Shown here one piece after another: positions 1 through 9,252 of a stretch of DNA of 64,000 nucleotides (position 1 is its first letter; each line of letters starts with the position of its first letter). Position numbers and translations under genes: made by a program. The notes under the pieces were generated by a model that was given only the letters and a program-made list of their open reading frames with translations, was not told the origin of the DNA and ran no database searches. Source of the DNA: Bdellovibrionales bacterium. GTDB lineage: Bacteria > Bdellovibrionota > Bdellovibrionia > Bdellovibrionales > JAGQZY01. The DNA lies in the NCBI GenBank assembly GCA_964230645.1, contig CAXRHT010000002.1, forward strand, positions 768,001-832,000, read 5' to 3'.

Positions 1-98
1 CTGTCTCATTCCAAGACATTAGAGCCTTCAAAGCGACGAAAAACTAGAGGTTTAGGGCCAAAGTCGATAAAATAAAAGGAACAGTATTCGGGGGGATA

Positions 99-746
99 TT
101 GAAACGATTCAGCTTCGTGATGACCTTATTTAGTTTATTAATGGGCGTCACATTCTTATTTCAAAACTGTGCTGATTTTAAAGGAGCACAGCTGACGAAT
201 TCCGCAGGTTCCGGAGCGATCCCCCTTGATGTGCCTTTATTTCACCTCAATCGTCCCTTAGATCTCGACAATAAAAACACCACTGGGAAATCTCGTTGGA
301 CAGTTGGAGGGGATGACATCTTCTATTACGAGTCCCTTGTTGGAGCGACCTATCGTACAACGCTTATTACCATCACAGGACGAAACAGTGTGGCCTATCT
401 TCATGTAGATGCCGATACCTGCACAGGCGAAAGAGCTCTTAACCGAGAAGAAAGAGAAACTCTCAGTGGTTTTTTTGGTTACTACATTGAAAAAACCGAA
501 GAAAAAATGGCGAAAAAAGATAGAGAGGACCCTCTGGGCTGTAGCTTTCCTCGCCTCGCAGTGGATTCCAAACATGTCTACGCAGGTAACACGCCGGCTG
601 TCGATTACGAAATCTATTTTACCTCTGAAGAATGCACTCCCGATGGAGAGCTCTATGTGGTAAACCAAGGGGGAGCCGATCCGAAAATAGCTCGCCAAGA
701 GGTCGAAGCTTTTTTCAATCGTCAAATTGACCTGATTTGTAACTAA
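99..746 (+). CDS. Hypothetical lipoprotein (FQNC-type lipobox)
   Basis: 215 aa ORF with a hydrophobic N-terminus ending TFLFQNC and a G-rich RBS upstream; no recognisable catalytic motif. Confidence 0.7.
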   Translation: MKRFSFVMTLFSLLMGVTFLFQNCADFKGAQLTNSAGSGAIPLDVPLFHLNRPLDLDNKNTTGKSRWTVGGDDIFYYESLVGATYRTTLITITGRNSVAYLHVDADTCTGERALNREERETLSGFFGYYIEKTEEKMAKKDREDPLGCSFPRLAVDSKHVYAGNTPAVDYEIYFTSEECTPDGELYVVNQGGADPKIARQEVEAFFNRQIDLICN

Positions 747-759
747 GTATCGAGAGACT

Positions 760-1017
760 ATGGGCACCCAGAAAAAACGCAAAGCTCCCACCTTAGACCT
801 CCACGGTCGCCGTGTTGAAGAAATCTTTGATCTGGTCGATCAATTTATCACTCGCCACCAAAATAAGCCTCGATTAAGAATCTTGCCTGGCAAGGGTACG
901 GGTAAAGTCAAAGGAGAACTGACTCGTTATCTGAAACTGGGTGGCTACCCTTGGGAGTACGAGACTCTCGAAAGTGGTAAAAAAAACACAGGCTGTTTTA
1001 TAATTATTCTCGACTAA
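760..1017 (+). CDS. Stand-alone Smr/MutS2 C-terminal domain protein
   Basis: LDLHG ... RILPGKGTG ... NTG motifs typical of the Smr domain. Confidence 0.85.
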   Translation: MGTQKKRKAPTLDLHGRRVEEIFDLVDQFITRHQNKPRLRILPGKGTGKVKGELTRYLKLGGYPWEYETLESGKKNTGCFIIILD

Positions 1018-1082
1018 CCCCCTAGAGACCAATGGGGCTATGAGACTTCCCAACCAGCTTCTTAGCGTTTACCCTTCCAGTC

Positions 1083-1601
1083 ATGGATAATTTATTATGG
1101 CTAGATATGGAAATGACAGGACTCGATGTTCAAAAAGAACGCATCATTGAAGTGGCAGCAATTGTCACAGATAAAGATCTAAACCCCATAGATACTTTCG
1201 AATCGGTGGTTTTTCAGGAACAAAAGTTCCTTGATGCCATGGACGACTGGAACACCAAACAACACAATGAAAGTGGCTTGGTTGCTAAAATCCCGTCCGC
1301 CCCCTCGAGTGAGGAAGTCGAAAAAAAACTTTGTGCCTTTGTTAAAAAACATTTTAAAGAAGAGCCCGCCATTCTTTCAGGCAACAGCATCGGTCAAGAC
1401 CGTAAATTTATTGATGCTTATATGCCGGAACTTGCGAGACTGCTGCACTATCGACTTCTTGATGTCACCTCTTGGAAGCTCATCATGGGCCCGAGATTTA
1501 ATGTTGAATATGAAAAAAAGGAAAGCCACAGGGCTTTAGATGACATCAAAGAAAGTATCGCTGAACTAAAAACCTTTATAGATTTTATAGATAACAAATA
1601 A
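1083..1601 (+). CDS. orn: Oligoribonuclease
   Basis: WLDMEMTGLD, GNSIGQDRKF, HYRLLDVTS and HRALDDIKES DEDDh motifs. Confidence 0.97.
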   Translation: MDNLLWLDMEMTGLDVQKERIIEVAAIVTDKDLNPIDTFESVVFQEQKFLDAMDDWNTKQHNESGLVAKIPSAPSSEEVEKKLCAFVKKHFKEEPAILSGNSIGQDRKFIDAYMPELARLLHYRLLDVTSWKLIMGPRFNVEYEKKESHRALDDIKESIAELKTFIDFIDNK

Positions 1602-1613
1602 AAGGAGGAGTTT

Positions 1614-2156
1614 ATGAAAAAACTCGTTTTAATTTTCAGTATATTAAGTCTTCCACTCATGTCTCAGGCACAAGATGCATTCTATGTCTCGGGACTTCTT
1701 GGACTCACCTCACCCAACTACTCTGATTCGGATCTCGAAACCGATACAGAACTCTCCTATGGTGCCAGAGCTGGACTTTTATTTAACGAGAATGTTTCCG
1801 CTGGGATTTACCTACAAAGATATGCAGGCTCTGACCCTGACTTTACGGTTGGCGAAACTGACGTCAGCTTAACAAATATTATGGCTGAGGTGACCTACTA
1901 TGCCAACATGGCCGATGAAAATACTTTTTGGATCAGTGGTCTTTTAGGTGTCACACAAAGCTCAACGGAATTTAGCAGCGGCTTAGTGGCTGATAACGAC
2001 GAAAGTGACACGGCTTTTGGTTTCGCTGCTGGTTACCACTTTATGGTAGCCCCCAACTTTTCCCTTAGCCCGCAAATCACCTACATCTATACCGATACGG
2101 ACACATCCTCTTATTCCGAAATTTCAGGCTTAGCCAATCTAACCATCTGGCTTTAA
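1614..2156 (+). CDS. Outer-membrane beta-barrel protein (OmpA/OMP_b-brl-like)
   Basis: Signal peptide, alternating aromatic beta-strands, C-terminal LTIWL; strong RBS AAGGAGGAG. Confidence 0.8.
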   Translation: MKKLVLIFSILSLPLMSQAQDAFYVSGLLGLTSPNYSDSDLETDTELSYGARAGLLFNENVSAGIYLQRYAGSDPDFTVGETDVSLTNIMAEVTYYANMADENTFWISGLLGVTQSSTEFSSGLVADNDESDTAFGFAAGYHFMVAPNFSLSPQITYIYTDTDTSSYSEISGLANLTIWL

Positions 2157-2170
2157 AGCCTTTCTTTTAA

Positions 2171-2200
2171 TGAGGCATCTACTAGCAAGTAGGTGCTTCA
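2171..2200. terminator. Hairpin between convergent genes, possible terminator
   Basis: TGAGGCATCTACT-AGCA-AGTAGGTGCTTCA stem with G.T pairs; no clear U-tract. Confidence 0.4.
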
Positions 2201-2265
2201 GCGCCTCGATCAATTATCTCTTAAACAATTGGCGCGACAGCCCAGATTTTCGGGCGAGTATATAA

Positions 2266-2763
2266 TCAGTTTACAACAACAGCGGAGAGAACGCCCCCGA
2301 TAATTCCACCGCCCATAGCGGCTTTTGTTTTATTGTGACCTAATTGCGAGCGTTTTAAAATCTGCTCCGGATAATAATTAGGATCAGTAGTGAGTCCTAA
2401 GGTCTTTTCAATTGATAAAAAATCGGCTTTGGCCCGGTAGCAGGTGCTCCAAAAATCAGGCTGAGTCTCACTGGTAATATTTATGACATTAGCCCCCAGT
2501 GCACAGGCATCACTGATAAAATTCTTAATCACATAGTCTTCTTGGCAATTAACACCCATACCGGAATCAGAGGCTTCTATAGCCCCGAGCTTTTTAGCTT
2601 TGTGGAAAGAACTCTCTTTCTTCGATGTGATAAAGACTTTGCAATCACCAATTTTAACCTTCTGGTCTTCACTCAGCCTATAACCCTTTCTTGTTAATTT
2701 TGAGTTCGTTGAGCACGAAGTGATAAAAGTCAGTGTTAAAGCGAAAAATAGAATTCTTTTCAT
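2266..2763 (-). CDS. Hypothetical lipoprotein
   Basis: Lipobox FITSC; Cys-containing body; Gly-rich hydrophobic C-terminus. Confidence 0.7.
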   Translation of the reverse strand: MKRILFFALTLTFITSCSTNSKLTRKGYRLSEDQKVKIGDCKVFITSKKESSFHKAKKLGAIEASDSGMGVNCQEDYVIKNFISDACALGANVINITSETQPDFWSTCYRAKADFLSIEKTLGLTTDPNYYPEQILKRSQLGHNKTKAAMGGGIIGGVLSAVVVN

Positions 2764-2804
2764 TGGTAAACCTCACAGGTTAAAGACTTTTCCTTTTTAA
2801 ACAT

Positions 2805-2836
2805 AAAAAAAGAGGAGTCAAAGAACTCCCCTTTTT
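2805..2836 (-). terminator. Intrinsic terminator of ahcY
   Basis: GGAGT/ACTCC stem flanked by A and T tracts just downstream of the ahcY stop. Confidence 0.65.
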
Positions 2837-2861
2837 GAACCTTATAAATATTAAATCGCAC

Positions 2862-4238
2862 TTAGTAACGGTAGTGAGCCGGCTTGAAAGGACCTTTTTG
2901 GTCGATTCCAAGGTACTCTGACTGCTTATCAGAAAGAGTTGTGATCTTAACACCGATTTGCTCAAGGTGAAGAAGAGCCACTTTCTCATCCAATTCTTTA
3001 GGAAGCATAAAAACACCAACGTCTTGATACTTTCCTTTGTTTTGGAAAAGATCCATTTGAGCCAACACCTGGTTTGTAAATGAGTTACTCATTACAAAAG
3101 AAGGGTGACCTGTGGCGCAACCAAGGTTTACTAGGCGACCTTTAGCAAGCACGATGATCTCGTTACCGTTTTTCATCTTGTGAATATCCACCTGAGGCTT
3201 CACTTCACGAACTTCGGAGTTGGCATTGAGCCAAGCCATATCGATTTCGATATCGAAGTGACCAATGTTACAAACGATGGCTCCGTTTTTCATTTTGCTG
3301 AAGTGCTTTTCAGTGATGATGTCACAACAACCGGTGGTTGTTACAAAAATATCAGCACGCTCAGCCATGGCTTCCATGGTCGTTACTTCAAAACCTTCCA
3401 TAGCGGCTTGAAGAGCACAGATCGGATCGATCTCAGTGATCACAACACGAGCTCCGTAGGACTTCATAGAGTGGGCACAACCCTTTCCAACATCACCGTA
3501 ACCAGCAACAACAACCACTTTACCAGCAAGCATGACGTCAGTGGCACGCTTGATTCCGTCGGCCAAGGACTCACGGCAACCGTAAAGGTTATCAAATTTT
3601 GATTTTGTGACTGAATCGTTCACGTTAATAGCAGGAACTTTTAGTTTTCCAGCTTTCAACATTTTTTCAAGATTGTGAACACCCGTGGTTGTTTCTTCAG
3701 AGATACCAATGATGTTTTCCATCATCTTGGCGTATTTCTCTTGGTGCATCATAAGAGTGAGGTCACCACCATCATCAAGGATAAGGTTGAAACCTTCGTC
3801 TCCCCAACCTTCGATCGTTTGCTCAATACACCAGTCGTACTCTTCGTCTGTTTCATTTTTCCAAGCAAAAACCGGAATTCCAGCAGCAGCCATGGCTACA
3901 GCGGCGTGGTCTTGGGTGGAGAAGATATTACAAGAAGACCAACGAACTTCGGCTCCAAGGTGCACAAGAGTTTCGATCAATACAGCCGTTTGAATGGTCA
4001 TATGAAGGCAACCTGTGATCTTCGCCCCTTTTAAAGGTTGAGATTTTCCATACTCGGTTCTTAAAGCCATTAGGCCTGGCATTTCTTGCTCAGCGATTTT
4101 AATTTCTTCACGTCCCCAACGAGCCAACTCACCAAATGTCTTTGGATCATCCATAGCCGCTTTACATACGCGGTAATCTGGTTCACCCGTGGTTTTTTTC
4201 GGTGTGTTTGTCGTCTCAGACATAGTTTCTCCCATCAT
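2862..4238 (-). CDS. ahcY: S-adenosylhomocysteine hydrolase (start may be 4223)
   Basis: [57 protein letters not shown] and the C-terminal HYRY. Confidence 0.98.
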   Translation of the reverse strand: MMGETMSETTNTPKKTTGEPDYRVCKAAMDDPKTFGELARWGREEIKIAEQEMPGLMALRTEYGKSQPLKGAKITGCLHMTIQTAVLIETLVHLGAEVRWSSCNIFSTQDHAAVAMAAAGIPVFAWKNETDEEYDWCIEQTIEGWGDEGFNLILDDGGDLTLMMHQEKYAKMMENIIGISEETTTGVHNLEKMLKAGKLKVPAINVNDSVTKSKFDNLYGCRESLADGIKRATDVMLAGKVVVVAGYGDVGKGCAHSMKSYGARVVITEIDPICALQAAMEGFEVTTMEAMAERADIFVTTTGCCDIITEKHFSKMKNGAIVCNIGHFDIEIDMAWLNANSEVREVKPQVDIHKMKNGNEIIVLAKGRLVNLGCATGHPSFVMSNSFTNQVLAQMDLFQNKGKYQDVGVFMLPKELDEKVALLHLEQIGVKITTLSDKQSEYLGIDQKGPFKPAHYRY

Positions 4239-4442
4239 TTATTCACCTCATGGTCTATAATTCTTGTGATTTTTCAGGCCCCTAGTGAATCAGGACTCCC
4301 CGCCTGGGTCAAGCTCTGAAGAGGCCTTTTGAGTCATTACATGACCCGTTAGAGCCTAAAATAAGCGCATTTAATTGAATTTCATATTTGATTCAAAATT
4401 TAACAAGAATTCTTGCTATCAAATGGCATTTTGAGAGCTATT

Positions 4443-5198
4443 TTAGGCTTGTGTGAGAATTTCGTAGCCAGAGTCTGTGATGAGTACGGTGTGTTCAAAT
4501 TGGGCCGAGAGAGTCTTGTCTTGAGTCTCATAATACTTGATAGTCGAGTTCGGAATATCAAACTCTTTGATCGCTTTACTGTTCTCGTTGACCATGGGCT
4601 CGACTGTGATCGTTCCAAAGGGCTTTAAACGATCCCCTTTTCCCTTTTTCCCGAAGGAGGGCACGAATGGGTCCTCATGAAACTCTTTACCAATACCATG
4701 GCCGCCAATTTCTCTCACAGCGAAATAGCCTTTACGGGTCACATATTTGTTGATGGCAAAGCCGATGTCTCCGACAGTCCCTGTGGGTCTAATGGCTTCA
4801 ATTCCCTTGTACATGGCACCCTCAGCCACCTCAGTGATCTTTTTGGCGGCTTCGCTCACCTCGCCCACGTAAAAAGTGGCGGATGTGTCTCCGTGAAAGC
4901 CAAATTTATAACTGGTGACATCAATATTCACGATGTCCCCGTCTTTAAGGGGCTGGTCATCAGGCACTCCGTGGCAGATACAATGATTTACCGAAGTACA
5001 GATGGATTTAGGAAAACCGTTATAGTTCAGAGGAGCTGGTTTGGCATCATTAGAGAGAGTGTAGTCGTAGACGATCTGATCCAGCTCATTGGTGGTGATT
5101 CCAGGTCTTACGAATTTGCCAACGTGAACAAGAGTTTGAGCGGCCAGTTGGCAGACCTTTTCCATTGATTTAATGTCACTGGCTGTTTTTACGTTCAT
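4443..5198 (-). CDS. map: Methionine aminopeptidase type I
   Basis: FPKSICTSVN, CHGVP, DIVNIDVT, HGDTS, GHGIG, TVEPM and SAQFEHT; start moved to MNVKT at 5198 because the longer ORF runs through a terminator. Confidence 0.96.
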   Translation of the reverse strand: MNVKTASDIKSMEKVCQLAAQTLVHVGKFVRPGITTNELDQIVYDYTLSNDAKPAPLNYNGFPKSICTSVNHCICHGVPDDQPLKDGDIVNIDVTSYKFGFHGDTSATFYVGEVSEAAKKITEVAEGAMYKGIEAIRPTGTVGDIGFAINKYVTRKGYFAVREIGGHGIGKEFHEDPFVPSFGKKGKGDRLKPFGTITVEPMVNENSKAIKEFDIPNSTIKYYETQDKTLSAQFEHTVLITDSGYEILTQA

Positions 5199-5242
5199 GG
5201 GAGCAATTTGGCGAAAAAGAGAAGAAATTGCAAGCTTCAAAT

Positions 5243-5273
5243 AAAAAAGGGAGCCCAAGTGGAGCTCCCCTTT
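5243..5273 (-). terminator. Intrinsic terminator of the SWIB gene
   Basis: GGGAGC/GCTCCC stem next to an A6 tract (U-tract on the minus strand). Confidence 0.65.
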
Positions 5274-5294
5274 CCTCATCGTTAGAGAACAGGC

Positions 5295-5822
5295 CTATTT
5301 AAGGTGCTTGTTCACTAATTTTGTCATTTCAAACATAGAAACTTGGTTCTTACCGAAAACTTTTTTCAAGTTATCATCGGCATTGATCATTCTTCTGTTT
5401 TTAGAGTCTTGAAGGTCGTTCTTCTTGATGTATACCCAAAGGTTTTTAATCGCTTGAGTACGAGGAAGAGGTTTACCTCCAACAACAGCGGCAAGATCAT
5501 CCGTAGGAGTCAAAGGCTTCATGAAAGCCGCGTTTGGTTTACGCTTAGACTTCTTCTTAGTCGCCTTTTTCTTTTTAGCTGTTTTTTTCTTAGTGGCTTT
5601 TTTAGCGGCTTTCTTTTTAGTCGCTTTTTTCTTAGTGGCTTTTTTCTTAGTTTTCTTTTTAGCCGCTTTTTTCTTAGTAGCCTTCTTCTTAGTTTTCTTT
5701 TTAGCCGCTTTTTTCTTAGTGGCTTTCTTCTTCGCTTTTTTAGCTACTTTTTTCTTAGCCGTCTTTTTCTTAGTGGCTTTTTTCTTTGTCTTCTTCTTAC
5801 TGGCTTTCTTTTTTCTTGCCAT
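5295..5822 (-). CDS. SWIB/MDM2-domain protein with a Lys/Ala-rich histone-H1-like N-terminus
   Basis: About 90 aa of KKKAT/KKKAA/KKKTK repeats followed by the SWIB signature FMKPLTP..LAAVVG..LPRTQAIKNLWVYIKKNDLQD..NRRMINAD..L..VFG...VSMFEMTKLVNKHL. Confidence 0.92.
   Translation of the reverse strand: MARKKKASKKKTKKKATKKKTAKKKVAKKAKKKATKKKAAKKKTKKKATKKKAAKKKTKKKATKKKATKKKAAKKATKKKTAKKKKATKKKSKRKPNAAFMKPLTPTDDLAAVVGGKPLPRTQAIKNLWVYIKKNDLQDSKNRRMINADDNLKKVFGKNQVSMFEMTKLVNKHLK
5548..5821 (-). repeat. Degenerate ~15-bp coding tandem repeat encoding the Lys-rich tail
   Basis: Recurrent TTTTTCTTAG(T/C)(G/C)GCT-like units on the + strand. Confidence 0.8.
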
Positions 5823-6112
5823 GTATCCCCCGTTGCTAGAGTGGTTAATTAGTTTGTTCCACCCCTACAGTTCATAGTTAACTGGTATAACAGTCAACAA
5901 AAAAGCAGCGCTTTTTTCCTCCCAAGGGGCAATATGAACCCACAGGACACCTTTTAGAGCCTTTTTCAGCACTCAAGAATTTCCAAATACGCCCAAGTAG
6001 AGCGACCACGTCCCTCTGTAAACCACTCCTATAGCCACTTTTAACTCAAACCCCCTATGAAGCCCGACTTAGGGTTAAAAGATGTTTGAACAAAACCGGA
6101 AAATTATTCCCG

Positions 6113-6139
6113 TTAAGGAAAAACCGCATCATCCGATAA
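6113..6139 (+). promoter_or_regulatory. Putative sigma28 (FliA)-type promoter
   Basis: TTAA-N15-TCCGATAA versus consensus TAAA-N15-GCCGATAA; the ATG lies 6 nt downstream. Confidence 0.55.
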
Positions 6140-6145
6140 GAAAGT

Positions 6146-6646
6146 ATGAGTTTTAAAGGGGAATTTGCCGACATTTTAAAGGAAAAACTAGGAGAGCCGG
6201 TCCAAACCGAGGCACCTAAAGAGACAAAAAACACCTATGTCTCACGCTCCATCGACTGGATTCTTCCTATTTTTGCCCCCCGAAGAACCTGGACTCCCCA
6301 ACAAATCCCAGGGGCATATCCTAAGGTAGTGGTAACAAAAAGAACGAAAACCACCCCTCAGTCAAACACCCCCCAACCCGAGAAAGTGCAAGAAAAAGAA
6401 AACACGATTTTACTCTCCACTCTCTCGACAAAAGCCAAAAAAGCCCACGGCATTCTGGTAAAACTGGGCGCAGAATTCAACGAAGACACAGGCTTTAGAG
6501 CCAGCGAACTAAAAACCCAATACCGCAAACTAGCCAGAACCTACCACCCCGACAGCCAGAGTGTAAAAGCCAGCAACAAGTACTTCAACATGGTCAGCGT
6601 CTGCTACAAATTCATCTCAAAAGAATTAGCAGAAAAGAACCACTAA
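6146..6646 (+). CDS. C-terminal J-domain (DnaJ-like) protein
   Basis: ELKTQYRKLARTYHPD ... F..V...Y J-domain pattern with the HPD motif. Confidence 0.85.
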   Translation: MSFKGEFADILKEKLGEPVQTEAPKETKNTYVSRSIDWILPIFAPRRTWTPQQIPGAYPKVVVTKRTKTTPQSNTPQPEKVQEKENTILLSTLSTKAKKAHGILVKLGAEFNEDTGFRASELKTQYRKLARTYHPDSQSVKASNKYFNMVSVCYKFISKELAEKNH

Positions 6647-6696
6647 AAAAACATTCCACCAAAATGAAATAAGAATATCCTCACAGAAGCACGATC

Positions 6697-6876
6697 CCTG
6701 GACCGGGAGCCTAAGCTCAAGAACTTTTCGAAGCTTCTGGCCGAGGCTCGAGCAACGAGCGCTGCGTATCTCGGGTTGCAGCACAAAGTGATGCAATCCG
6801 AGAGACGAAGTGCACCCGGGTGCGTGCCTCGGCCAGAAGCTTCGAAAAGTTCTTGAGCTTAGGGGCCCGGACCAGG
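6697..6876 (+). repeat. Long-hairpin dispersed element, copy A
   Basis: Perfect 38-bp inverted repeat (6710-6747 / 6826-6863) plus an outer 10/11 IR (6697-6707 / 6866-6876) around a 78-nt core (6748-6825) shared with copies B and C. Confidence 0.95.
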
Positions 6877-6895
6877 CCCCCGGCCCAACCCCATA

Positions 6896-8575
6896 CTACG
6901 ACTGTAGTTTACGGTAACGAATTCTCTTAGGAGTCAAAGTATCGATCCCCATACGCTTCTTATAGTCCTCCTCCCACTCGGTATAGTTACCTTGGAAGAA
7001 GTTCACCTGCGAGTCGTTTTCAAAGGCCATGATATGTGTACAGATTCGATCGAGGAACCAGCGATCGTGACTAATGCAAACCACACAACCACCAAATTCT
7101 AACAGGGCCTCTTCAAGAGCTCTCATTGTATTAACATCAAGATCGTTGGTCGGCTCATCCAGAAGTAAAACATTGCCTCCGGAAAGAAGAAGCTTTGCCA
7201 TATTCACACGATTGCGCTCCCCACCGGAAAGCACTCCCGTTTTCTTCTGCTGATCACCACCCACAAAGTTAAAGCGAGAAACATAAGCGCGGGAATTCAT
7301 CTCGCGGTTACCCACTTGAATCACTTCGTTACCTCCAGAGATCTCCTCCCAAATCGTTTTGTTGGGATCCAGGGTGGCACGATCTTGATCGACATAGGCA
7401 AGCTTCACAGTATCCCCAACAATGATTTCACCACTGTCTGGCTTCTCGCGACCGGACATCATATTAAAAAGAGTGGTTTTACCAGCGCCGTTAGGACCTA
7501 TAATCCCAACAATCCCTCCTCGGGGAAGAGAAAAACTAAAATCATCAATCAAAAGCTTATCGCCAAAGGCCTTAGTGATATTTTTACCTTCAATCACCGT
7601 ATTTCCTAGACGAGGCCCAGGAGGGATATAAATTTGCATATCTTGAAGCTTCTCAGGGGTTGGATCTTTGAGAAGACTTTCATAGGCCTGCAGTCTCGCC
7701 TTAGATTTTGAATGACGCCCTTTTTGCCCCTGCTTTACCCACTCCAACTCTCTTTCAAGAGTTCTGGCTCTTTTGTTTTCCTGTTTTTCTTCCGTTTTTA
7801 TGCGCTTTTCTTTTTGCTCTAGCCAAGAAGAATAATTGCCCTTCCAAGGAATACCCTCACCGCGGTCGAGCTCTAAAATCCAACCGGCCACATTATCAAG
7901 AAAGTAGCGATCGTGGGTCACAGCAATCACTGTTCCTGGAAACTGATCCAGGTAATGCTCTAACCATGCCACTGTTTCAGCGTCCATGTGGTTGGTCGGC
8001 TCATCCATTAAGAGGATATCGGGATTGGATAAAAGAAGACGGCACATCGCCACTCGTCTTTTTTCCCCTCCAGAGAGAGTCTTAATTAGTGTGTCTTCTG
8101 GTGGACAACGAAGAGAGTCCATAGCCTGTTCTAATTTAGAGTCCAATTCCCAACCATCTTGGGCTTCAATACGCTCTTGAATCTGTCCCTGCTTTTCAAT
8201 GAGTTTTTCCATCTCATCGGGCGTGATATTTTCATCACACATTTGCTCACTGATTTTATTGAAGGCCTGCAAGTCTTCAGCTAGGGGCCCCACCCCTTCC
8301 ATAACAACTTCTTTGACCGTTTTCTCAGGATCCACCTCAGGCTCTTGATGAAGAAATCCGAGTTTGAAATCTTTGGCGGGAAAAGATTCACCGAGGAAGT
8401 CTTGATCCTCACCTGCCATAATTTTTAACAAACTCGATTTACCACTTCCATTAAGGCCGAGAACACCAATCTTAGCACCGTAAAAATAAGAAAGGTAGAT
8501 ATCTTTTAGAACGTATTTTTTAGGCGGATAAACTTTTGAAACGCCCTTCATTGTATAAATTATTTCTTCCGACAT
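6896..8575 (-). CDS. ettA: Energy-dependent translational throttle protein (ABC-F)
   Basis: Two ABC domains (GLNGSGKS, LSGGEKRR, DEPTNH; GPNGAGKT, LSGGERNR, DEPTNDLD) and the EttA-typical YGAKIGVLG and ELDRGEGIPWKGNYSSWLEQK. Confidence 0.95.
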   Translation of the reverse strand: MSEEIIYTMKGVSKVYPPKKYVLKDIYLSYFYGAKIGVLGLNGSGKSSLLKIMAGEDQDFLGESFPAKDFKLGFLHQEPEVDPEKTVKEVVMEGVGPLAEDLQAFNKISEQMCDENITPDEMEKLIEKQGQIQERIEAQDGWELDSKLEQAMDSLRCPPEDTLIKTLSGGEKRRVAMCRLLLSNPDILLMDEPTNHMDAETVAWLEHYLDQFPGTVIAVTHDRYFLDNVAGWILELDRGEGIPWKGNYSSWLEQKEKRIKTEEKQENKRARTLERELEWVKQGQKGRHSKSKARLQAYESLLKDPTPEKLQDMQIYIPPGPRLGNTVIEGKNITKAFGDKLLIDDFSFSLPRGGIVGIIGPNGAGKTTLFNMMSGREKPDSGEIIVGDTVKLAYVDQDRATLDPNKTIWEEISGGNEVIQVGNREMNSRAYVSRFNFVGGDQQKKTGVLSGGERNRVNMAKLLLSGGNVLLLDEPTNDLDVNTMRALEEALLEFGGCVVCISHDRWFLDRICTHIMAFENDSQVNFFQGNYTEWEEDYKKRMGIDTLTPKRIRYRKLQS

Positions 8576-8652
8576 CGTTCCTCCAAATTTGGCCCATGAA
8601 TTTTTGGAATTTTCCTTGTGTTATTCGCAAAAGCTTTTTACGATCTCTCCTT

Positions 8653-8895
8653 ATGTCACAACGAAAACCCGTATCCAATCGGTTAAAAACCGCTCTCAAT
8701 GAACTCGATTCTGCGATTGAACAATGGGATAGCCTTACCAATAAGCCTGAGGGAGAGCAAGTCACTTCCCATGAGAAGGTTCAGAGGAAGGCAAAATCTT
8801 TGCTCAAAGAGTTACGGGACCAAATTGACGACTTTGATAATCTCTCACCTGCTGAGAAAAACACCAACGCCACCGAAAAGTTCTCGGACCAGTAA
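8653..8895 (+). CDS. Small helical hypothetical protein
   Basis: 80 aa from ATG 8653 (MSQRKP); amphipathic helices; fills the gap between ettA and bolA. Confidence 0.6.
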   Translation: MSQRKPVSNRLKTALNELDSAIEQWDSLTNKPEGEQVTSHEKVQRKAKSLLKELRDQIDDFDNLSPAEKNTNATEKFSDQ

Positions 8896-8937
8896 GCTTT
8901 ATTTTTGCACTATTTTTGTTCAGTTCCAGGAAGGGAG

Positions 8938-9252
8938 TTATTTCTTTTTAGATCCCTGACAATCGGGGGAGCGAAACTCTCCCTCTTGAGCTTCAAACTC
9001 TTGAGGAGTTAAAAGGCGCATAGTGAAAGCGTGAAGCCCGTTATCGAATTCTTTTTCTAGAAGACCTTGGACTTTTCTGTGGCGCTGCACCCGGCTCATA
9101 TCTTCGAAGTCTTCAGTGACCAAAAGAAGTTTGAAATGAGACTCCATACCTTTTCGACCGGCATGCTGATGACTTTCGTCTTCAAGTTCGCACTGCTCCC
9201 AGTTAGGAAACCTCTCTTTGACTATTTTCTCAATACGATCAATGCGCGCCAA
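8938..9252 (-). CDS. bolA: BolA family protein
   Basis: DESHQHAG, SHFKLLLV, SRVQRHRKV and GLHAF motifs. Confidence 0.92.
   Translation of the reverse strand: MARIDRIEKIVKERFPNWEQCELEDESHQHAGRKGMESHFKLLLVTEDFEDMSRVQRHRKVQGLLEKEFDNGLHAFTMRLLTPQEFEAQEGEFRSPDCQGSKKK

Noticed and set aside
4239..4442. SAH/SAM riboswitch upstream of ahcY
   Set aside because: I could not find the conserved riboswitch core by eye; an Infernal/Rfam scan would be decisive
5343..5877. Phe/Leu-rich + strand ORFs (5343-5852, 5521-5877) resembling membrane proteins
   Set aside because: Antisense shadows of the Lys-rich repeat in the SWIB gene
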